DNA of 64,000 nucleotides from assembly GCA_041737015.1 (NCBI GenBank), contig JBGSSO010000381.1, forward strand, positions 1,304-65,303, given 5' to 3'. Positions within the stretch are counted from its first letter, which is position 1; every line of letters starts with the position of its first letter. The notes beneath the pieces were generated by a model, which saw only the letters and a list, made by a program, of their open reading frames with translations, was not told where the DNA came from and ran no database searches. A program made the translations under genes and the position numbers. The stretch comes from Nitrospirales bacterium (GTDB lineage: Bacteria > Nitrospirota > Nitrospiria > Nitrospirales > UBA8639). This document shows positions 8,904 through 19,079 of the stretch, one piece after another.

Positions 8904-11900
8904 TTACCATTTGGCCATCAACGTGAACTTGTTGCCTGAGAACCAGATACCGTGATCATCCACACGGTAGCTGTCATCGCCCTCAACGGCCACCTGCTTA
9001 GGCTTACCCTCCATGTGGATTGGCCAGCGCACATAAATTTTTCTATCCGTGTCTTTTGGCATATCCACATCCAGATTCAGTCTCTGATCGGTGTCATCCC
9101 ACTTCGCCTGCATCATCAGGTTTCCGAAATGCGTGGGAAAATTCGAAAGCGCAATTCCATCGCCCACAAGCCATTCGCGTGGGGTACCAAACAGCAGATT
9201 CAAGGTTTTGCTTTTATCCTCTTCCATCACGATAAGGCCACGGACAGAATTCACATAACCTGCCCCGACCCACGTATGTGGCATATCACCAATATACACA
9301 CCCTTGCGGCTGTCGGACAGAACCACCTCGGCAAACTCATTCCAATTGGCCGGACGCCTGCCCTTGAACAGAATTTCATGCAGGTCGAAGGCTTCCTTGC
9401 GATACCCTAGGGTTGCAAGAGCCAGAATATTCCGCACCTCGTAAGGCGTATAGGAATAGGGCGTAGAACCGGCATCCCGTTCTTTCACCATCCGGTAATA
9501 GTTCCGGAACGTCCGGTCCAGGATATCTGCAGGCAGAACGTGCCAGGCTTCCGTGGGAAACATGGCAATGGCAATGGAGGTCGGATCAGGAGTACCTTTG
9601 TCCGCATCCACAGGGATATAGTCGAGAGACTTCCAGGCGATAGTCTTTTCAATGGACTCCCTGACGCTTGTGGTGAAATTTTTCGACTCAGTCCTCGCCC
9701 AGTCAGCTAAAAACTTTCGACCCAGGATTTCCGCCATTTCAATCCCGTCCGCCCAACCGCGAATGGCCCAGAAATCATCCCAATAACTGTGCATCGGGGT
9801 AATGAACCCTTCATGACTGATGGACGGAGGTAAGATGCCCTTCAGGCGCTCACCGGCCTCAAGATGTTCATAATATTTCGGATCAAGTGTACGCTCCCGC
9901 AACGTGACAATGTACTTCATCGCCCGGTGCACAGCATCAAAATGCTTTTCCAGGAAATCTCTGTCACCGGTAAAACGATAGTACTCCATGATCGCATAGA
10001 TAAACTGACCCTGGCTGTCCCATTCAATATTCCTCCCCCAGCCGTCATACACCTCACCACTGGTGAAGAGAATGGGAGGCACGAGGCCATCGGGTTCCAC
10101 GCGTTCGGCATACCAATTCAGAAATGCCCTGACCTCCTCGAAAAAACCAAGCCGCATGAGCGTGGCGGAAATGATCGCGCCATCCCGCATCCAGGTCCGG
10201 TTGTAGCTGCGCGCGCCTGGCTGGATGACCACGCCATCGTTGTTCAACAGGATATAGGCTATCTGCGATTTCACGGTATTGACGACGGCCTTGTTGGCAA
10301 GCTCGAATCCCACACGGTTAAGCTTGTCGGTCCAGAAGGTTACATACTCCCGCCGCAACGTCTCGAAGTCCTCGGCAGTTTTCAGATTGGTCAGGGTCTC
10401 ATGCAGGGGAGCCGCAAACACCACCTCCTTGGATTCACCAGGTTTCAATTCAAAGGCATAGGTCCAGGCTGCCGAGAGAAGACCGGTCCCGGTCTGGTCC
10501 TCAATAGATTTGGCATCGCCCTTGCGGTCTGCACCGGCGCCCAGCACGACCCTGCCTCGCAGGTGGTTGGCAATATCACCATGAGCATATGGCGAGGCCA
10601 GGAAACTGTCGGCAGGCGAAAGGGCCAGGTAGGTGTTCTTGTCGTTGATCATCACCAGTTTCCCGGTTTCCCCCACGTACCTGATCGATTTGATAGGCGA
10701 CAATCCGCCATGTTGCCACTTGGGATTGATCTGAGCGGGCCTGACCGTGACGATGAGTTCCCCCTTCCGTACAGTATCGGAGCGATTTTCAAGCGTATGT
10801 CGCACATAGGTCATGCTGGCATCGACAGGCCCGCTGGTAATGGCCTCGGACCTGAAATAAAGTCCATTCCCGGTCTCCCATTTCACGATAGGAACCGGCA
10901 GATACCCGTCCTGCAATTCCTGTCGTATGTTCGCCGCGACGGCAGCCGAATACAGATTGTCACCCTCTTTGACATAAGGCATCAGCATGGGGCCGTCGCG
11001 CCGGGATTCCAGATTGCCATACTCATCGAATAGACTTTCCTCGCTATCCATGGGAAGACCCACCAGAGTCCAGTAGGTCTGATAGCCCCTGACATGTGGG
11101 GGATAATCGCCGAACGGCGCTCTCCGGGCATCAAACTGATAACGAACAAAAGGGGAGAACACTTCCTTGGGACCACGCAACGAAATATCGCTAATCCCAA
11201 AACCGCCCCCGGCTTTCATAGGGTTAGTCAGCACAAGCCTGATGTAGCGGACCTCTGATGGATCATGCGGAACAAAATCGGATTGCCCCTGTGATCCCGC
11301 CGAGACGGAGATGGAGGAGACCTCCTTCCATTCCTTTCCATCCATCGAAATGGCCATATCGACCGAACCGGCATATTGATCTCCCCAGTCGATACGCAAT
11401 CCGGAAATCGTTCTGGACTTGCGCAGGTCCAGAAGCAATTCTGCCCGGTCAACCGCCTCGCTTTTCCAGACGGTATCCTTGCGGCCATCCATCAGAGCCG
11501 GGGTATTCGCACCACCACCCGCGACCACGGAGATATCGACAATGTCGTCAGTCCCTTTGATATCAAATTCCCAGAGGGAATTCCCCCAGCTTGTCGCTCT
11601 CTCCCGTGTATCCAGCCGGACATATCTCGCGGAAACGGGTTGGATGTAAATATCATCCATCTGCCCGTCACCGTCGTCGTTCACATACACCGTCGTCCAC
11701 ACCTTGGCATCGGTCGAAACCAGGAGGTTGTATTTGTTCGAATACCCGTTCTCCCAATGCAGGGTAAAGCCGGTGATCTCAACGACCGTTCCAAGATCGA
11801 CGAGAGCCCATTCCTCATCCTTTGCCTGACTGGACCAGCGGGTCGTCATGTCACTATCCGCCAGGTAACCCGGCAAAAATTCATCGCTCTGAATCGAGGA

Positions 11901-12023
11901 AGCGGTCACCCGCCATGTGTCCTTTGCCGGTATATTGGATGCTGCCAACGCGGCTCTCACGGGCAACATCAGCAGGATCAGGATAGAAAACAATGTCAAC
12001 AAACTGCTCTTGTAAAAGGTCAT
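8904..12023 (-). CDS. Secreted discoidin (F5/8 type C) x2 plus six-hairpin (alpha/alpha)6 glycosidase-like protein, paralogue A
   Basis: Start ATG 12023 overlaps the upstream stop (TGATG); signal peptide; two discoidin modules (DSDMTTRWSS, DGRKDTVWKS); catalytic-domain motifs YNRTWMRDG, GILPPSISHEG, SYWDDFW, YTPYE, IGDMPHTWVG. Confidence 0.85.
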   Translation of the reverse strand: MTFYKSSLLTLFSILILLMLPVRAALAASNIPAKDTWRVTASSIQSDEFLPGYLADSDMTTRWSSQAKDEEWALVDLGTVVEITGFTLHWENGYSNKYNLLVSTDAKVWTTVYVNDDGDGQMDDIYIQPVSARYVRLDTRERATSWGNSLWEFDIKGTDDIVDISVVAGGGANTPALMDGRKDTVWKSEAVDRAELLLDLRKSRTISGLRIDWGDQYAGSVDMAISMDGKEWKEVSSISVSAGSQGQSDFVPHDPSEVRYIRLVLTNPMKAGGGFGISDISLRGPKEVFSPFVRYQFDARRAPFGDYPPHVRGYQTYWTLVGLPMDSEESLFDEYGNLESRRDGPMLMPYVKEGDNLYSAAVAANIRQELQDGYLPVPIVKWETGNGLYFRSEAITSGPVDASMTYVRHTLENRSDTVRKGELIVTVRPAQINPKWQHGGLSPIKSIRYVGETGKLVMINDKNTYLALSPADSFLASPYAHGDIANHLRGRVVLGAGADRKGDAKSIEDQTGTGLLSAAWTYAFELKPGESKEVVFAAPLHETLTNLKTAEDFETLRREYVTFWTDKLNRVGFELANKAVVNTVKSQIAYILLNNDGVVIQPGARSYNRTWMRDGAIISATLMRLGFFEEVRAFLNWYAERVEPDGLVPPILFTSGEVYDGWGRNIEWDSQGQFIYAIMEYYRFTGDRDFLEKHFDAVHRAMKYIVTLRERTLDPKYYEHLEAGERLKGILPPSISHEGFITPMHSYWDDFWAIRGWADGIEMAEILGRKFLADWARTESKNFTTSVRESIEKTIAWKSLDYIPVDADKGTPDPTSIAIAMFPTEAWHVLPADILDRTFRNYYRMVKERDAGSTPYSYTPYEVRNILALATLGYRKEAFDLHEILFKGRRPANWNEFAEVVLSDSRKGVYIGDMPHTWVGAGYVNSVRGLIVMEEDKSKTLNLLFGTPREWLVGDGIALSNFPTHFGNLMMQAKWDDTDQRLNLDVDMPKDTDRKIYVRWPIHMEGKPKQVAVEGDDSYRVDDHGIWFSGNKFTLMAKW

Positions 12024-13147
12024 CAGTGATCTCCCTGACTTGTCGTGAGGTTTCCGGAAGGTTTGTGTCGAAGCTCCTTTCCGTCTTTCCCGAAAAGATG
12101 GCAGTGGTCTGCCGCAATACACACCGTCAGCTTGTCTCCCTTCGCGAAACCGAAATCGCCGGATGCACGACATATCAGCAGGTCATCGGCATCCGGCGTT
12201 TCCAGATAGACATAGGAATGGCTACCCAGTGGTTCCACCAGCTTGATCTCTGTCTCGACGAAGTTGTGCTTACCCCCCGTCGCCAGATGCTCCGGACGAA
12301 TGCCAAGCGTGACCGGAGTATCCGGGGGCAGCTCTCCGGCAACGCCATTCACCTGGATCGTCGTTCCGCTTTGAAGTCGTACCGTTGTGGTATCCCGGCG
12401 GCTCTCGACCACGAACCCGGCCAGGAAATTCATGGCCGGCGAACCGATAAAGCCGGCAACAAAGCGGTTGGTAGGATACTTGTACAGTTCATTGGGGGAA
12501 CCAGTCTGTTCAATGCATCCATCTCTGAGAACCACGATCCGATCCGCCAGTGTCATGGCCTCGACCTGGTCATGCGTGACATAGATCATCGTGGTCTCAA
12601 GCGTCTCGTGCAGTCGTGCAATCTCATGACGCATCTTCACACGAAGAGAGGCATCCAGATTGGAAAGCGGTTCATCAAAGAGGAAGATTCGCGGACGCCT
12701 GACGATCGCCCGGCCAATAGCCGTGCGCTGGCGCTGCCCACCGGAAAGCTCTTTCGGTTTCCGCTCAAGCAGCGCGGTCAGGCCGAGTGTTTCGGCAGCC
12801 GCGCGCACCGCCTGGTCAATTTCTGCCGCAGAAGCTCCGGCAATTTTCATCCCGAAGCTCATGTTGTCATAGACGGTCATATGCGGATACAGCGCATAGG
12901 ACTGGAACACCATCGCAATCCCGCGCTCGGAAGGCGAAAGCCTCGAGACATCGGTCTCACCGATTTTGATGGTTCCCTTATCGATCTCTTCGAGGCCCGC
13001 AATCGTACGCAACAGGGTTGACTTGCCGCAACCCGAAGGGCCGACAATCACCGCAAACTCCCCATCGGGCACATCAAGATCAACCGCAGACAACACGGCC
13101 GTCTTGCCAAAACTCTTGTGAATATTTCGCAGGGTCAGACTAGCCAT
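12023..13147 (-). CDS. Sugar ABC transporter ATP-binding subunit (MalK/UgpC family)
   Basis: Start MASLTLRNIHKSFG at 13147; Walker A GPSGCGKST; signature LSGGQRQR; DEPLSNLD; C-terminal TOBE region. Confidence 0.95.
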   Translation of the reverse strand: MASLTLRNIHKSFGKTAVLSAVDLDVPDGEFAVIVGPSGCGKSTLLRTIAGLEEIDKGTIKIGETDVSRLSPSERGIAMVFQSYALYPHMTVYDNMSFGMKIAGASAAEIDQAVRAAAETLGLTALLERKPKELSGGQRQRTAIGRAIVRRPRIFLFDEPLSNLDASLRVKMRHEIARLHETLETTMIYVTHDQVEAMTLADRIVVLRDGCIEQTGSPNELYKYPTNRFVAGFIGSPAMNFLAGFVVESRRDTTTVRLQSGTTIQVNGVAGELPPDTPVTLGIRPEHLATGGKHNFVETEIKLVEPLGSHSYVYLETPDADDLLICRASGDFGFAKGDKLTVCIAADHCHLFGKDGKELRHKPSGNLTTSQGDH

Positions 13148-14528
13148 GACGCGTATGCACGGAAAGAGGCAGGAAGGGTTCGTCCAGAACCGCACCATTG
13201 GATTCGATAATTTTCGAATAATAACGGGCCGTATCCTTCGGCGTGCGCTCAAGAGTCTCAAAATCGACATGAACAATGCCGAATCGCTTGGCATAACCAA
13301 AGGACCATTCATAGTTGTCCATCAGGGACCAGGCCATATATCCCCGCACATCAACGCCTTTCTCAATCGCGGTCCGGACCGCGCAAAGATGCTGGTTCAG
13401 GTACTGCATCCGCACCGGATCAATGACCCGGCCATGAATCGCTTTCGGCGGATCAAAGAAGGCCGAGCCATTCTCGGTGATATAGAGCGGCATCTCACCA
13501 TAACGACTCTTGAGCCAGAGCAGCGTATCGGAAAGCCCGTCCGGATAGACCTCCCACCCTGTTTCCGTGTAGGTCTTGTGGGGCTGGCGAACGGTCTTGG
13601 CCCTGACAGGCAGACAGTCCGGGCCATCACATGTCACAGCACGCGTGTAATAATTCAGCCCGACAAAATCGATCTTCTGACAAATAAGATCGAAGTCCTT
13701 GGCAGGCCATTCAGGCCAGGCGTCACCGAATATCTCCTTCATTTCCTCCGGATAGGATCCCAGGAGAGCGGGATCAAGAAACTGCCGGTTCATATATGCA
13801 TCGGCGCGATTGGTAGCCGCCAGATCTTTCGGATCATCTGACGCCGGATATTTCGGCTCGATATTCACCACCAGGCCGATTGCATGGGCCCCGACAGCGC
13901 GATAGGCCTGAACGGCCGCACCATGGGCGCGCATCAGATGATGCGCGGCAACCGGCGCTTCATAGTGACAGGAATGTCCAGGGGCCAGTGCCCCATGCAA
14001 ATAGCCGCCATCCGTGACCACCCAGGGTTCATTGAGTGTCGTCCATTTTGTAACCCGGCCATCCAACCGCCGGTACATCGCGTCCCCATAGTCGGCAAAC
14101 CAATGCGCAATGTCCGGATTCAGCCATCCGCCAAGATCGTCCAGCGCTGCCGGTAAATCCCAGTGATACAATGTCAGGAGCGGTTCAATCCCGGCTTCCA
14201 AAAGTCCATCAACAAGTCGTTCGTAGAAATCCAAGCCTTTCTCATTCAGGCTTCCTTTGCCTTCAGGAAAAATACGCGCCCAGGCCACCGAAAACCGATA
14301 GGCTTGCAATCCCAGCTCCTTCATGAGGGCGATATCCTCGCGCCAGCGATGATAATGATCACAGGCGATGTCGCCGGTATCGCCATTCAGGATATTTCCC
14401 GGCGTGTGGGCAAAACGCTGCCAGATGCTCGGGCCTGCACCATCGGCCAGCGGTGCCCCCTCAATCTGGTAGGCCGATGTGGCAGCACCCCAGAGAAACC
14501 CCTCGGGAAACGTCGCGTTTTTTTTCAT
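13140..14528 (-). CDS. GH1 beta-glucosidase (cytoplasmic)
   Basis: FPEGFLWGAATSAYQIEG; acid/base TLNEP; nucleophile ITENG; no signal peptide. Confidence 0.95.
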   Translation of the reverse strand: MKKNATFPEGFLWGAATSAYQIEGAPLADGAGPSIWQRFAHTPGNILNGDTGDIACDHYHRWREDIALMKELGLQAYRFSVAWARIFPEGKGSLNEKGLDFYERLVDGLLEAGIEPLLTLYHWDLPAALDDLGGWLNPDIAHWFADYGDAMYRRLDGRVTKWTTLNEPWVVTDGGYLHGALAPGHSCHYEAPVAAHHLMRAHGAAVQAYRAVGAHAIGLVVNIEPKYPASDDPKDLAATNRADAYMNRQFLDPALLGSYPEEMKEIFGDAWPEWPAKDFDLICQKIDFVGLNYYTRAVTCDGPDCLPVRAKTVRQPHKTYTETGWEVYPDGLSDTLLWLKSRYGEMPLYITENGSAFFDPPKAIHGRVIDPVRMQYLNQHLCAVRTAIEKGVDVRGYMAWSLMDNYEWSFGYAKRFGIVHVDFETLERTPKDTARYYSKIIESNGAVLDEPFLPLSVHTRHG

Positions 14529-14585
14529 CTACCCTTATCCTTTTTGATTAATGGTCTACAACAATCATGTTCGCAGCAGGTGGTT

Positions 14586-17500
14586 TTATGGGGATGCCTC
14601 AAGGACCTCCATAGGGATTCCATTGAATGTCAGCCTGACATCGCCTTTCAGCGAGGGCGGCAGGACATAGCCGCCCGGTGGCATGGTCGATCCTTCCAGA
14701 TCAACACGCACCTGCCCGCCCTCATCACGTGCCGCATAGGACACTTCGCCGTGCGGGGTTCTCAGTCCATGCACCCGGACACCTTCACCCTGTAACCAAT
14801 TTCGCGGCAGACCCGCGCCGATGACCAGTGAGCCGGTTTCTGTATCGGCATAAACAAACAGATCAAGCACCGCCCGGATGAAATCCGATCCCACCCATGT
14901 ATGGGGCATATCACCAATGAAACGCGGTTCCCGTACAAGCCGGCCGATCACCTCGGCCCATTGATTCCACGCTGCCGGGCGGCGATCCCGCATATAAAAA
15001 TCAAGCAGGGCATGGGCACGTTCCAGCTCTCCCAAGCGCACAAACGCGCTCACCTGACGGAATTCATAGGGGGTATAAACATTCCACGCCTTGGTGCCAT
15101 CGCGCCGCGCCACAAACTCGGACCAGGCTTTTTCAAACGTGGCAATCAGCAGCTCCCTCGGCAAGGATGCTGCTGCCCCGGTAGGTGAAAGCGCGATCGT
15201 CGTGGATGTCGGGTCAAAATCTTTTCGGTCCGCGGCCCCCGGCACGTGCCCGAGTTCTTCGCCCAACAATCTGACAGACGCGCTAATATCTGCGGCAAAT
15301 TCGGCGGCATCTGCCCTGATGTCGGCTGCGCGATCTCGGTGCCCAAGTTCCTCAGCAAGAAACGCCGCATCATTCAATCCTTTCAGACCCCAGAAATTAT
15401 CCCAGAAGGAATAGGCAGGACGGTCCAAATAGCCTTCATGGCTCACCGATGGCGGTAACAGACCATAGAAGGCCTTGCGATCACCTTGACGGTTATGCTC
15501 CGTTCGTTCCAACAGCCTCAAATCATCCAGCGCGGCCGCGGCCTTGTCCACATAGGGCCACATGACCTCGGCAAAAGCACGATCCCCGGTGTACCGGTAA
15601 ATATCCACAATCAGAAAAATCAGTTCTCCATGGCTATCATTTTCCACAACCGGATCCGCGCCACGCTTGTCCACACAACAGGGAACTTTGCCACTGGAGA
15701 ACTGGTGCGGTGCGTACCAGCGCGCATACTCAACAGCAGGTTCGTTCTGCCCGAGACGCAGGAAACTTTCACCCATCATCGCTCCGTCACGTATCCACGA
15801 ACGGGCATAGGTTCGTGGCCCCGGACGCAGTGCCGGCCCGTCGCGCGTGATCATCATATGAGCCAACGCGGTTTTCAGACTATTGAGCATCGGCATGGAT
15901 TCAGGCGGGCCCGAAATTTCCACCTGATTGAGGATGTGCCGCCATTCATCGGCTGCCGCCTTTTCACCGGCATCGATGGCCTCGCGGTCCAGGTCGGGCG
16001 TCCGTCCGTCATCAGAACCGAGCACCGTGACGACAGAAACTTCGCGAACCTCACCCGGCTTCAAATCAACATGAAAATACATGGCGCCGGAACCGAAGCC
16101 TCCCGGAGCTACGAGGCTTTGCGAATCCATGCTTGCCCCGGCATCCTGCACATGCGGGAAACCGGCCCGTTCAAATCCCGCGAGCGACACATGGTCCGGC
16201 TTCAGGTCAGGCCACACAGACCAGTTACCATTCACCTGAAACGCTTTGCCATCCCAACCGATCTGCTCAATTTTGCTGGCACCACCCACAAGGTTCAAAA
16301 TCTGCGTGGGCGGATTGACCTGCATGGGGCGGATGGCAAGAGCCAGGGTGAGCGTTCGATGGATCGTGCCGGTATTGACCACACGATATCTGGTCACCAC
16401 ATCACGGGCATTGCCGTCCATCCCGCCTTCTCTTCCAGCGGGAACAGGCGGACGATGTGCACTGATCTCCAATGATAGCCCCTCATGGGTCCGACGCACG
16501 CGCGGCATGGGCAGATAATCATCCCTCAGGCTGTGGTTAAGCCCGGCATCGGCCCAGCCCTGTATGGACCCATTCGCAATCACAAACGGTTCAATCGAGA
16601 ACGCCCCGGGGCCGGGTTCTATGGCGCCATCTTCCGACAGCATGGCCGACCGGCCACCCTGGGGAGCGCCAACAACGGTCCAATAAATTTGTTCACCAAC
16701 GAAGCTGCGCGGATAAGATCCTTTTTTGGTTGCCTGTGCGAGGGACAGCAGAAACTCATTATCACTCTGCCCGAATTCCGGTGGTTCGACCGTCGCGTCT
16801 ATCAAACCAACCTGGCCTCCAGAGGCCGGTTTCACTGAAAGACGAACATAACGCCCGAACGCGTCTGCCATTCGCACATAACCGGTAGTTCCTGGGGGGG
16901 AAGGCCCAATATACAGTTGCCAGTCCGGCACCGTCCACCCTTTTCCATCCTCGGAAAGGGCCATATCAATCGCCTCCGGCATCTGACCTTCGGCCCATCG
17001 TAAGGTCAGACCGCCAAGATCGCGCAAATAGCCCAGATCAAATATCAGGCCCGTGGGTGTGTCGTCAGTCCAGATTGTCTTCGGATTGCCGTCAACGGCG
17101 GCAGGGGCAGGGATATCACCGGCTGTTGCCACGATAGGAGGAACAAAGGCAGGCTGTTCAGGCAAGGTCCGCAGTTCAAGGGTATCGAACTCGACCGTAC
17201 CCTGGTCACCGGTTTCGCCAAGAATCACAAACTCTATTTTGGCGATGGTTTTCAAATTATGGTCCTTTATCGGACCCCATGCAAAGTGTATATCGCTGCG
17301 CCGGATACGGATGGTTGTCCAGTCATCAGGAAACTCGTAATCACGAAACTGCTTCCACCAGACATTCGCGCCACTGTCATCAACCAGCCTCACCTCAAAG
17401 GTCGACTGTGGGGCATGACCCCTGAGCGTGAATGCGATCTCGAAATTGTTTGATAGATCAAGCGGGAGTGCCCGATGTGCATTGGCGGTACCGGCGGTTC

Positions 17501-17741
17501 GGAGTTCATACGACAGTTGAAGCGCATGGCCTCTCACGCCTCCTGTCGTCCTGACAGAGGCCTCACTGTATTCCGTGGCGATTGTCCGCCATTCCCCGAC
17601 ATTCTCAAACCCGTCAATTAACCGAAAATTATTGGCGGCGGTATTCTCACCATACGCGCACACGGCCACTGACAACCAGGCCATCCCGGCAAACAGGCAG
17701 CAGGATGTCCACCATGAATGTCTCATGTATGAACATCTCAT
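14586..17741 (-). CDS. Secreted CIA30/CBM-like plus discoidin plus six-hairpin glycosidase-like protein, paralogue B
   Basis: ATGA overlap with the permease stop; signal peptide; AAVDGNPKTIW discoidin; motifs YARSWIRDG, GLLPPSVSHEG, SFWDNFW, YTPYE, IGDMPHTWVG shared with paralogue A. Confidence 0.85.
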   Translation of the reverse strand: MRCSYMRHSWWTSCCLFAGMAWLSVAVCAYGENTAANNFRLIDGFENVGEWRTIATEYSEASVRTTGGVRGHALQLSYELRTAGTANAHRALPLDLSNNFEIAFTLRGHAPQSTFEVRLVDDSGANVWWKQFRDYEFPDDWTTIRIRRSDIHFAWGPIKDHNLKTIAKIEFVILGETGDQGTVEFDTLELRTLPEQPAFVPPIVATAGDIPAPAAVDGNPKTIWTDDTPTGLIFDLGYLRDLGGLTLRWAEGQMPEAIDMALSEDGKGWTVPDWQLYIGPSPPGTTGYVRMADAFGRYVRLSVKPASGGQVGLIDATVEPPEFGQSDNEFLLSLAQATKKGSYPRSFVGEQIYWTVVGAPQGGRSAMLSEDGAIEPGPGAFSIEPFVIANGSIQGWADAGLNHSLRDDYLPMPRVRRTHEGLSLEISAHRPPVPAGREGGMDGNARDVVTRYRVVNTGTIHRTLTLALAIRPMQVNPPTQILNLVGGASKIEQIGWDGKAFQVNGNWSVWPDLKPDHVSLAGFERAGFPHVQDAGASMDSQSLVAPGGFGSGAMYFHVDLKPGEVREVSVVTVLGSDDGRTPDLDREAIDAGEKAAADEWRHILNQVEISGPPESMPMLNSLKTALAHMMITRDGPALRPGPRTYARSWIRDGAMMGESFLRLGQNEPAVEYARWYAPHQFSSGKVPCCVDKRGADPVVENDSHGELIFLIVDIYRYTGDRAFAEVMWPYVDKAAAALDDLRLLERTEHNRQGDRKAFYGLLPPSVSHEGYLDRPAYSFWDNFWGLKGLNDAAFLAEELGHRDRAADIRADAAEFAADISASVRLLGEELGHVPGAADRKDFDPTSTTIALSPTGAAASLPRELLIATFEKAWSEFVARRDGTKAWNVYTPYEFRQVSAFVRLGELERAHALLDFYMRDRRPAAWNQWAEVIGRLVREPRFIGDMPHTWVGSDFIRAVLDLFVYADTETGSLVIGAGLPRNWLQGEGVRVHGLRTPHGEVSYAARDEGGQVRVDLEGSTMPPGGYVLPPSLKGDVRLTFNGIPMEVLEASP

Positions 17742-18574
17742 CCTTTGACACTTCCCGCAAGGTTTCCGCTCATATAAAAACGCTGAAGCGCCAGAAAAAG
17801 AACCAGGACCGGTGTCACGGTGATCACCGCCCCGGCCATCATCAGCTCAACATCCTGCACATGCTCCCGTGACAAAGATGCCAGCGCAATTGGCAGGGTA
17901 TATTTGTCACTGTCGGTCAGGACGATCAGCGGCCACAAAAAATCATTCCATGCAGCCATAAAGGTAAACAGCCCCAGGGTAATCAGAATGGGTGTCAGTA
18001 ACGGCACCACGACCGACCGGAAAATGCGTAGTTCACTGGCCCCTTCAATCCGTGCCGACTCGATCAGTTCCGTCGGAATGGACAAGGCATACTGCCGTAC
18101 GAGAAATATACCAAATATGCTGGCCACAAAAGGGATCAGCACACCGATCCAGCTATTCACCAGCCCCATCCCTTTCAACATCAGGAACAGCGGAATCATG
18201 GACACCTGGGCCGGAATGACCAGAGCGCTTAGAAGCCCGCGGAACAGCAATTGCCTCCCCTTAAATTCCAATTTGGCAAACGCATAACCGGCAGCCACAT
18301 TAAACGTGAGGGACAACAATGTAGCCGCCGATGCGACAAACAGGGAATTCAAGAAGTTTCTTCCCATGCTGGAATATTCAAAGAGCTTGATATAATTGGC
18401 GAGCGTCGGATGCTCCGGCAACAGCGGCGGCGGAAAATTGCTGGCCTCTCCCGGAGCCATAAAGGACACACTCAGCATCCACAGCAACGGGAACAAAGCA
18501 AACACGGAAAGGAACGACAGCCCAATATTCGTCCCGGATCCTCTCCACATATTTCTCATCGGCTTACCGATCAT
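17738..18574 (-). CDS. Carbohydrate ABC transporter permease (MalG/UgpE type)
   Basis: Six TM segments; EAA-type motif ELIESARIEGAS; WNDFLWPL. Confidence 0.95.
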   Translation of the reverse strand: MIGKPMRNMWRGSGTNIGLSFLSVFALFPLLWMLSVSFMAPGEASNFPPPLLPEHPTLANYIKLFEYSSMGRNFLNSLFVASAATLLSLTFNVAAGYAFAKLEFKGRQLLFRGLLSALVIPAQVSMIPLFLMLKGMGLVNSWIGVLIPFVASIFGIFLVRQYALSIPTELIESARIEGASELRIFRSVVVPLLTPILITLGLFTFMAAWNDFLWPLIVLTDSDKYTLPIALASLSREHVQDVELMMAGAVITVTPVLVLFLALQRFYMSGNLAGSVKG

Positions 18575-18611
18575 ACAGAATGTATAGCTCCCCCCTCTTC
18601 ATGTGCATTCC

Positions 18612-19079
18612 GTCTCCCATAGTCCGACGCCTGCCGTCTGCCCCAAGAAAGGACGTTCTCATCACAACACATTCTTACTATAGTTATTCCAATTAATTTC
18701 AAAAGTCCTCTTTATCTGTGTGCTATCCTCGCCGCTGCATGACGCCTGCCGGCTGGCCAAAGGGAGGACGCTCTCATTCCCCGGCGGACCTTGTTTGAGT
18801 CCTACGACAAAGCTCAGGACAGGCTCCGCGAGTTGGTCCGCTTTCCCCAAGTTTGCGTCCGTCCCCTCTGATGAGGCCAGACGGGGCGTCCATGGTTTTG
18901 GGTCCTTTTGCCGAAACAAAAGGACCTCGCCAGCCGGGGCGAAACCCGGCAACATAGAAAAACCCCTCGATACGAAAGTTAATTGCACAAGTTCGAAGTG
19001 CGAATTAGCCATCGTTTTTCCTCGCCAACTCCAAGATGGACTCCCGATTATCATTAAACCTGTAAGCCCAGAACCAAAC
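18612..19079 (+). repeat. ~460-bp structured dispersed repeat, copy 1 (MITE/REP-like)
   Basis: Aligns along its length with 21318-21770; internal inverted motif CAATTAATTTC (18690) / GAAAGTTAATTG (18974); hairpins at 18901-18926 and 18933-18950. Confidence 0.9.

Noticed and set aside
6472-16475. Long plus-strand ORFs (6472-7353, 9864-11033, 11993-13021, 13146-13841, 15486-16475)
   Set aside because: Antisense shadows of GC-rich genes, with no recognisable motifs
18868-18917. Hammerhead-like core in repeat copy 1 (CTGATGA-GGC...GCC-GAAAC)
   Set aside because: Copy 2 has CTTATGA; I could not build stems I and III with an NUH site; and the covarying hairpin places GAAA in a loop, which is incompatible with the hammerhead fold
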